Origin: Octopus bimaculoides
Taxonomy: Eukaryota
Length of the DNA stretch: 64,000 bases
Assembly (NCBI RefSeq): GCF_001194135.2
Contig: NC_068996.1
Location: 29,801,899-29,865,898, forward strand
Direction: 5' to 3'
Positions 63,101 through 64,000 of this stretch are shown piece by piece (the stretch's first letter is position 1; each line of letters opens with the position of its first letter). The translations under genes were made by a program, and so were the position numbers. The notes beneath the pieces were generated by a model. That model searched no databases. It saw only the letters and a program-made list of their open reading frames with translations, and was not told where the DNA came from.

Positions 63101-63589
63101 TACAAAGTGAATAACAAGTGAACCACCACTACCAAAAACTGCTTTGTTTTCAATTGATGAAAAGGATTTTATTTCTAGATGTAAAACAATTATTCCACAT
63201 CAGTTCCTGAAGCCAAACATAAATTCAAGATTACATAACAACAAATTGGGTTTCAACAGGAGTGTGAAAATTCAGAATATTATTTTCAAGATGCTTAATA
63301 CAGTACCTGCTTTAAAAGTTAAACAATTGTTGGTAGTGGTCAATGTAAACAGCTCTCATAAATGTTATTCTATAATTCAGTAAACTATTATGAATCTTAA
63401 AATTCCGAAGTGCAAATATGTATGAATAGAAGTGCTTATTTATTAAAATATACACATAAAATTATGCCACATCTAACTTCTAATAACTGAAAACAATATA
63501 AAAATGACTTATTCACAAAACTGAGAATACAATAAAGTATTCAAAATACCTACCAAATCCTGAGCCTCCAAATCCAAAATTAGTATTAC
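11203..63589 (-). CDS. NUP98: Nuclear pore complex protein Nup98-Nup96 precursor, 5'-partial; 29 exons in window
   Basis: Manually spliced GT-AG exons keep one frame (2+1288x3 nt) and carry recognisable motifs: FG repeats, [104 protein letters not shown]. Confidence 0.97.
11425..11520 (-). CDS. NUP98: Nup96 penultimate exon ([17 protein letters not shown])
   Basis: Resembles L.QS.MAK; phase 2-2. Confidence 0.88.
12008..12058. repeat. (GA)n microsatellite at gap edge
   Basis: Direct inspection. Confidence 0.95.
12907..13004 (-). CDS. NUP98: Nup96 exon ([19 protein letters not shown])
   Basis: C..I...C..AKDR motif; phase 0-2. Confidence 0.9.
13362..13501 (-). CDS. NUP98: Nup96 exon ([24 protein letters not shown])
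   Basis: PPE..I..W..G.VYL.YI motif. Confidence 0.94.
13672..13795 (-). CDS. NUP98: Nup96 exon (AIRAQY...[25 protein letters not shown])
   Basis: Motif match; phase 0-1. Confidence 0.93.
17298..17427 (-). CDS. NUP98: Nup96 exon ([12 protein letters not shown]...[12 protein letters not shown])
   Basis: P..W.H.AK motif; phase 2-0. Confidence 0.93.
18225..18940 (+). mobile_element. Decayed RTE LINE RT fragment
   Basis: [15 protein letters not shown] and C.QCKLWTH remnants. Confidence 0.85.
19582..19737 (-). CDS. NUP98: Nup96 exon (SWHLCQVL...[19 protein letters not shown])
   Basis: Strong motif match; 156 nt. Confidence 0.97.
20174..20434 (-). CDS. NUP98: Nup96 exon (YACSPTS...[11 protein letters not shown]...[10 protein letters not shown]...LDYRL)
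   Basis: Multiple Nup96 motifs; 261 nt. Confidence 0.96.
20551..21342 (+). mobile_element. Internally deleted mariner (Tc1/mariner) element
   Basis: TA|CGAGGTGGTATTAAAATGTTCCCAGACTAG left TIR matches right ACTAGTCCGGGAACCTTTTGATACCAC; transposase remnants [31 protein letters not shown]. Confidence 0.88.
21345..21900 (+). mobile_element. Decayed RTE LINE RT fragment
   Basis: VRVH.GS.L.P and KKLLYADD remnants. Confidence 0.75.
22098..22385 (-). mobile_element. RTE LINE 3' tail
   Basis: Reverse complement of the 9165-9372 tail, with (CAT)n. Confidence 0.85.
22571..22707 (-). CDS. NUP98: Nup96 exon ([12 protein letters not shown]...[11 protein letters not shown])
   Basis: RL.IF.LLAG and WKR.L..HLW motifs. 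Confidence 0.95.
22804..22983 (-). CDS. NUP98: Nup96 exon ([14 protein letters not shown]...YLALLLAQ)
   Basis: Nup96 domain motif; 180 nt. Confidence 0.93.
23930..24210 (+). mobile_element. Fragment of a second RTE-like LINE family (3' end)
   Basis: [13 protein letters not shown] remnant and downstream W..I..LSW..LGIQP-like traces. Confidence 0.45.
24313..24431 (-). CDS. NUP98: Nup96 exon ([12 protein letters not shown])
   Basis: R..AFSRWL motif. Confidence 0.95.
24527..24619 (-). CDS. NUP98: Nup96 exon ([15 protein letters not shown])
   Basis: W.LC.ALWG motif; 93 nt. Confidence 0.95.
24810..24954 (-). CDS. NUP98: Nup96 exon ([11 protein letters not shown]...[10 protein letters not shown])
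   Basis: Canonical sites, phase 0-1. Confidence 0.88.
25509..25787 (+). CDS. THAP zinc-finger domain ORF (92 aa), antisense within a NUP98-96 intron; probably transposon-derived
   Basis: M..CSVTC, SLHRYP, RRIW, CSQHF and PSVF give the C2CH THAP signature; gtaagt donor at 25776. Confidence 0.85.
   Translation: MYACSVTCFNFRRQLTYCTDRFDKVISLHRYPANVAIRRIWLQRSRLVRKDFVYTANSQMCSQHFVNFNGLSKDHPLPSVFPNKVFKISVSA
26230..26420 (-). pseudogene. SAP-domain-like fragment with probable frameshift
   Basis: [27 protein letters not shown] matches the SAP pattern (L.V.eLk..L...Gl...G.K.dLi.R); an adjacent frame continues IKILSMKN... Confidence 0.55.
27842..27969 (-). CDS. NUP98: Nup96 exon ([16 protein letters not shown]...VSIEKVNV...)
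   Basis: Poly-U tract then cag|cag acceptor; aag|gtaagt donor; phase 1-0. Confidence 0.85.
29586..29837 (-). CDS. NUP98: Nup96 exon (..[15 protein letters not shown]..)
   Basis: [10 protein letters not shown] motif; 252 nt. Confidence 0.95.
30024..30600 (+). mobile_element. Helitron-like 5' end followed by (GA)n and purine-rich low-complexity DNA
   Basis: A|TCTAATATAATAAATGCG start; no 3' CTAG terminus found. Confidence 0.45.
31290..31355. repeat. (TAG)n microsatellite
   Basis: Direct inspection. Confidence 0.95.
33700..35324 (+). mobile_element. Decayed piggyBac (PGBD4-like) transposon
   Basis: TTAA|CCCTTT...AAAGGG|TTAA ends; [43 protein letters not shown]....[12 protein letters not shown]. 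Confidence 0.88.
36432..36554 (-). CDS. NUP98: Nup96 exon (VEPMENAEP...[21 protein letters not shown])
   Basis: Resembles the vertebrate LGINPHVLQIMKASL motif; 123 nt. Confidence 0.92.
38533..38743 (-). CDS. NUP98: Nup96 N-terminal exon ([13 protein letters not shown]...DYSQKSFE)
   Basis: Open frame, canonical sites, phase 0-1. Confidence 0.85.
39131..40269 (+). mobile_element. piggyBac-type element, centre lost in N gap
   Basis: Perfect 14-bp TIR CCCTTTCGTTACTA/TAGTAACGAAAGGG; TTAA TSDs; acidic ORF start [14 protein letters not shown]. Confidence 0.88.
42219..42329 (-). CDS. NUP98: Exon containing the HF|S autocleavage site ([17 protein letters not shown]...)
   Basis: HFSKYGL motif; Phe/Ser junction at 42318/42317. 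Confidence 0.97.
42459..42572 (-). CDS. NUP98: NUP98 autoproteolytic domain exon (SPERL...[12 protein letters not shown])
   Basis: [10 protein letters not shown] motif; 114 nt. Confidence 0.97.
42736..42875 (-). CDS. NUP98: NUP98 autoproteolytic domain exon ([32 protein letters not shown])
   Basis: Strong motif match; 140 nt. Confidence 0.97.
43122..44284 (+). mobile_element. Non-autonomous Helitron carrying telomere-like repeats
   Basis: A|TC 5' end; CCCG-AGCAGCGC-CGGG hairpin; CTAG|T 3' end; no TSD. Confidence 0.85.
43896..44056 (+). repeat. Degenerate interstitial (TTAGGG)n array
   Basis: About 25 units with TTACGG, TTAGAG and TTAGGA variants. Confidence 0.9.
44620..44814. mobile_element. 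piggyBac-type MITE (TTAA-flanked)
   Basis: TTAA|CCCTTTCGTTAC ... ATCATAAGGG|TTAA; a related element lies at ~28150-28312. Confidence 0.7.
45515..46110 (-). mobile_element. RTE LINE RT fragment
   Basis: [28 protein letters not shown] remnants. Confidence 0.88.
46282..46486 (-). CDS. NUP98: NUP98 autoproteolytic domain exon ([23 protein letters not shown]...[13 protein letters not shown])
   Basis: Start of the Nucleoporin2/peptidase S59 domain; 205 nt. Confidence 0.96.
48420..48830 (+). mobile_element. Tc1/mariner transposase 3' fragment (DD37D-like)
   Basis: [13 protein letters not shown] and [21 protein letters not shown]; a related shorter piece lies at ~19150-19270. Confidence 0.7.
49050..50845 (-). 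mobile_element. RTE LINE, 5'-truncated, with 3' UTR and (GAT)n tail
   Basis: Contiguous RT 3' half plus tail. Confidence 0.9.
50850..52075 (+). mobile_element. Decayed RTE LINE RT fragment, divergent from the previous copy
   Basis: [20 protein letters not shown] and [19 protein letters not shown] remnants. Confidence 0.88.
52708..52786 (-). CDS. NUP98: NUP98 linker exon ([26 protein letters not shown])
   Basis: Strong donor gag|gtaagt; weak acceptor (gtgaag|) chosen because it supplies the required phase 2-to-0 link. Confidence 0.65.
53070..53670. mobile_element. Fold-back MITE with long inverted arms
   Basis: 53070-53250 is the reverse complement of 53510-53670 (e.g. ACTGCCAGATCATGTGATTT / AAATCACATGATCTGGCAGT); partial copy at 28330-28600. 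Confidence 0.8.
54078..54166. repeat. (GA)n microsatellite
   Basis: Direct inspection. Confidence 0.95.
54176..54247 (-). CDS. NUP98: NUP98 linker exon ([24 protein letters not shown])
   Basis: tcttcag|...|gtaagt, 72 nt, phase 2-2; low-complexity linker. Confidence 0.75.
54704..54852 (-). CDS. NUP98: NUP98 exon ([11 protein letters not shown]...[12 protein letters not shown])
   Basis: FDGLD and KKLV.KNL motifs; 149 nt, phase 0-2. Confidence 0.95.
54995..55215 (-). mobile_element. RTE LINE 3' tail
   Basis: Same tail family as 22098-22385. Confidence 0.75.
55257..55400 (-). CDS. NUP98: NUP98 exon ([26 protein letters not shown]...)
   Basis: LKPTNP.AQKA motif; canonical splice sites; 144 nt. 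Confidence 0.95.
55885..55999 (-). CDS. NUP98: NUP98 exon (..[24 protein letters not shown])
   Basis: Resembles the vertebrate QQHINSLTYSPFGDSPLF motif; 115 nt, phase 2-0. Confidence 0.92.
56162..56970 (+). mobile_element. Helentron/DINE-like non-autonomous element
   Basis: 5' ACCACCACCAAGG..GGTTATGTTT sub-TIR, 3' GGTAGAGGT plus GCGCTC-TCC-GAGTGC stem-loop, internal (GTG/GAT) microsatellite. Confidence 0.65.
58204..58273 (-). CDS. NUP98: NUP98 exon ([23 protein letters not shown])
   Basis: tttcag|...|gtaatt, 70 nt, phase 1-2. Confidence 0.85.
59382..59537 (-). CDS. NUP98: NUP98 FG-region exon ([15 protein letters not shown]...[11 protein letters not shown])
   Basis: ctag|...|gtaaat, 156 nt, phase 1-1. 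Confidence 0.88.
60845..61875 (+). mobile_element. RTE LINE 3' part with complete tail
   Basis: [29 protein letters not shown]; 3' UTR ending in (GAT)n. Confidence 0.92.
62590..62822 (-). mobile_element. Young SINE with 16-bp TSD
   Basis: TGGGCTAGATGTTTCT at 62574-62589 and 62823-62838; CpG-rich; older copies at ~575-680 and ~31390-31520. Confidence 0.88.
63554..63589 (-). CDS. NUP98: NUP98 FG-region microexon ([12 protein letters not shown]), 36 nt, phase 1-1
   Basis: caag|GT..TTTG|gtaggt; FG dipeptides; phase matches the next exon. Confidence 0.75.
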
Positions 63590-63730
63590 CTTGTATTGAT
63601 AGCATGAGAAAATAAAAAAAAATTCATATATGCTATTAAATAATTTGGTAGTGAAAAACTAACTATAACAATATTATGGTTTATTGCTTCCAATGATAAA
63701 GGTAAATTTATATTGTTACTTCTTCACTAG

Positions 63731-63866
63731 CCCTCATTATCAGTATATCTCCACTAATCCTCAATTGCATTACATTAACATTGCTCTTCAATATCACTAC
63801 CTCTCCATTGATCCTCAATATCATTACATCTCCACTGACTGTCAATATTATTACATTTCCACTGAT
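63731..63866. repeat. Degenerate 27-bp minisatellite (~5 units)
   Basis: Unit approximately CCTCAATATCATTACATCTCCACTGAT. Confidence 0.75.
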
Positions 63867-64000
63867 TTTTCAAAATCATTCTTGTTCATCTGTCAGGGCA
63901 ACAAGGACTGTCTAGTCATCCTGAAGTAGGAGTCAGGCTTCATGAGAGTGTTAGTGACTGATCAGGCCAAGCTGCACCTGGAACTTTCTCCAGCAGGATG

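Noticed and set aside
1-64000. CRISPR array, rRNA, bona fide tRNA or prokaryotic operon
   Set aside because: None seen. The tRNA-like A/B boxes belong to SINE heads, and the window is an intron-rich animal locus.

Overview
AT-rich eukaryotic (animal) genomic DNA. The repeat families and (CAT)n/(GAT)n-tailed RTE LINEs suggest an octopus/coleoid draft assembly (inference); it has four large N gaps (11556-12007, 26085-26164, 32876-33102, 39454-40010). The main feature is the 3' part of a minus-strand NUP98-NUP96 nucleoporin precursor gene. I traced 29 GT-AG exons by hand from 63589 to the stop at 11203. They are phase-consistent, total 3866 nt (about 1288 codons), and cover the late FG region, the autoproteolytic domain with HF|S, and Nup96. 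The 5' end lies beyond the window. Introns and the downstream flank are full of decayed transposons: RTE LINEs, tRNA-type SINEs, Helitrons, a Helentron-like element, mariner/Tc1, piggyBac, a hAT MITE and microsatellites. The most unusual observations are an intact antisense THAP-domain ORF facing a SAP-like ORF in an intron, a CpG-rich promoter-like island just downstream of the Nup98/Nup96 cleavage exons next to a hammerhead-like core, an RTE with twin-priming geometry, and a Helitron carrying telomeric repeats. I found no clearly novel multi-gene system. All calls come from manual reading; no searches were run.
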